Source of the DNA: Eremomyces bilateralis CBS 781.70
Lineage: Eukaryota
DNA: 64,000 nt
Assembly (NCBI GenBank): GCA_010015585.1
Contig: ML975164.1
Reading direction: 5' to 3' (one strand)
Part shown: one piece after another, positions 62,620 through 64,000 of the stretch
Numbering within the stretch: the first letter of the stretch is position 1
How the letters are laid out: every line of letters starts with the position of its first letter
Notes under the pieces: generated by a model
What the model was told of the DNA's origin: nothing
The model's database searches: none
Seen by the model: only the letters and a program-made list of their open reading frames with translations
Position numbers and translations under genes: made by a program

Positions 62620-63039
62620 TAAAATTGATGAAGATATTGATCATCTAAGATCTAGAGTCGTTTTGACGCGTCTCGTGGTTGTTGGGGCCTGTGCACGATT
62701 TGACCGGATTACTCTGACCCCTCACAGTATAGTGACGCCACCAAATTCATTGCTGCGCTATCCTTGTACGGAGCAATCAATGTATGAATGTATCCAGAAC
62801 GGGCGAACGGGCGTTCTCTCACCGCAACGCTTCCAATCGTGCCTGCAGACCAAATAATGTTACCAGGCCTGGAGATTGGTGGTGGTGTCTGCCCTCTCGT
62901 AGTGATAAGGAACAGTATAAGTTGAATCTCTTCCATGGGAGCATAGCCTGTGCAGGTAAACACCATTTATACACAATACTTTGTTCCTGCCCCTCGTTGT
63001 CCCCCTTCACAGTATTAACTCCTTCCAGATATAGATGCC

Positions 63040-64000
63040 ATGACTTCATTAAACAGAATGAGGGGACTGAATGACATCTATCAGCTGGGAGACCCCTCCA
63101 GGATCGTACGGATCTTGTCAGCCATAGCATTGCTGGTATGTGCCGCAACCTTATCGAGAACCGTTTCTCGTGGTTTCCAGCTGCTGATAATCGACGGAGT
63201 GCATAGGCAATCCTCTATCCCTTTGCTCTTGCCGTGTATAACTTATATCTTCATCCACTTCGCAAGGTCCCCGGACCCAAACTTGCAGCAGCAACCAAAC
63301 TACCCAAGATATGGCACCTGGCACGCGGCGGGACCCTCCACTGGATCACCCAGGTACACCACGAGTACGGTCCCATTGTGCGTGTCGGTCCAAACGAACT
63401 TAGCTTCATCGATGCGCAGGGCTGGAAAGATATCTACGGTTTCCAGCCAGCAGGCAAGGCTGGGAACGCCAAAGATCCAAAGTTTTACGACTTCGCTTCC
63501 GTGGACGAGACGAACCTCGTCAATGCCAATGATCAAGATCACGCGCGGACGCGCCGTATCTTTTCCAACGCCTTCTCTGACAAGGCGCTGAAGGAGCAGG
63601 AGCCGCTTTTGATGAAGTATGTTGACCTCATGGTGCAAAAGTTACATGAGAAGGTGGAGGCGGAACCAGACGAGAAGGTAAATATGGTGGAGATTCTCAA
63701 TTTTACCACTTTCGATATAATGGGTATGGTCCGCTTCTACCTGCTGTCAACACATCGCTCACCAGCCGAACTCAGGGGATCTTACCTTCGGCGAACCCCT
63801 CTACATGCTCCAAAACTCCAAGTACACCCCTTGGGTCACCACCATATTTAACAGCCTGAAGGCAACAACTATGCTCCAGGCGATATCATTTTTACCCGTA
63901 GTATCTAGCCTCGTCAACCTTCTCTTAGGCCGCTTCATCATCCATGCGCGTAACGTCCACTTCAGATACTCTACCGATCGCGTCGACCGCCGTCTTGTCA
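63040..64000 (+). CDS. Cytochrome P450 (CYP65/Tri11-like), 5' part; continues beyond the window
   Basis: HPLRKVPGPKL, YGPIVRVGPNELSF, WKDIYG, AFSDKAL and FDIMGDLTFGE motifs. Introns 63136-63206 and 63724-63775. Confidence 0.92.

Larger units (their letters stand above)
61341..62727 (-). mobile_element. Tc1/mariner DNA transposon (DD34E)
   Basis: 29-bp TIRs at 61341-61369 and 62699-62727 with one mismatch. TA target-site duplication at 61339-61340 and 62728-62729. Confidence 0.95.

Noticed and set aside
1..64000. CRISPR arrays, rRNA genes and telomeric repeats
   Set aside because: None seen; the sequence is fungal nuclear DNA.

Overview
This is eukaryotic DNA from a filamentous ascomycete (Pezizomycotina, inferred from short GT-AG introns of about 45-80 nt with CTAAC/CTGAC branch points and from the gene families present). 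Conserved genes: COQ1, VMA12, an APH-kinase plus ACAD10/11-type dehydrogenase pair, IQGAP, IMPDH (hosting an intronic snR54-like C/D snoRNA), a NUDT19-like Nudix hydrolase, an MFS transporter, HMG-CoA reductase, an EDEM/Mnl1 mannosidase, TIM50 and a DJ-1/PfpI protein. Accessory or decayed patches interrupt them. Near 1.6 kb there is a MITE. At 31-35 kb there is a HET gene with a nuclease-like pseudogene. From about 50.6 kb to the end lie HET-6-like relics, a modular secreted protein, a frameshifted PTH11-like gene, a Tc1 transposon and a P450. The best leads are three. (1) An unidentified, highly structured RNA of about 210 nt at 35492-35705 with Pol III-like signals: TATA, A box, B box, terminal stem and T6. 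(2) A secreted 835-aa protein built as carrier, polybasic cleavage linker and EHxxE domain, lying between the N- and C-terminal relics of a HET-6-like gene. (3) The split, convergent ACAD10/11 kinase-dehydrogenase pair. All family assignments are by-eye motif recognition; no searches were run.
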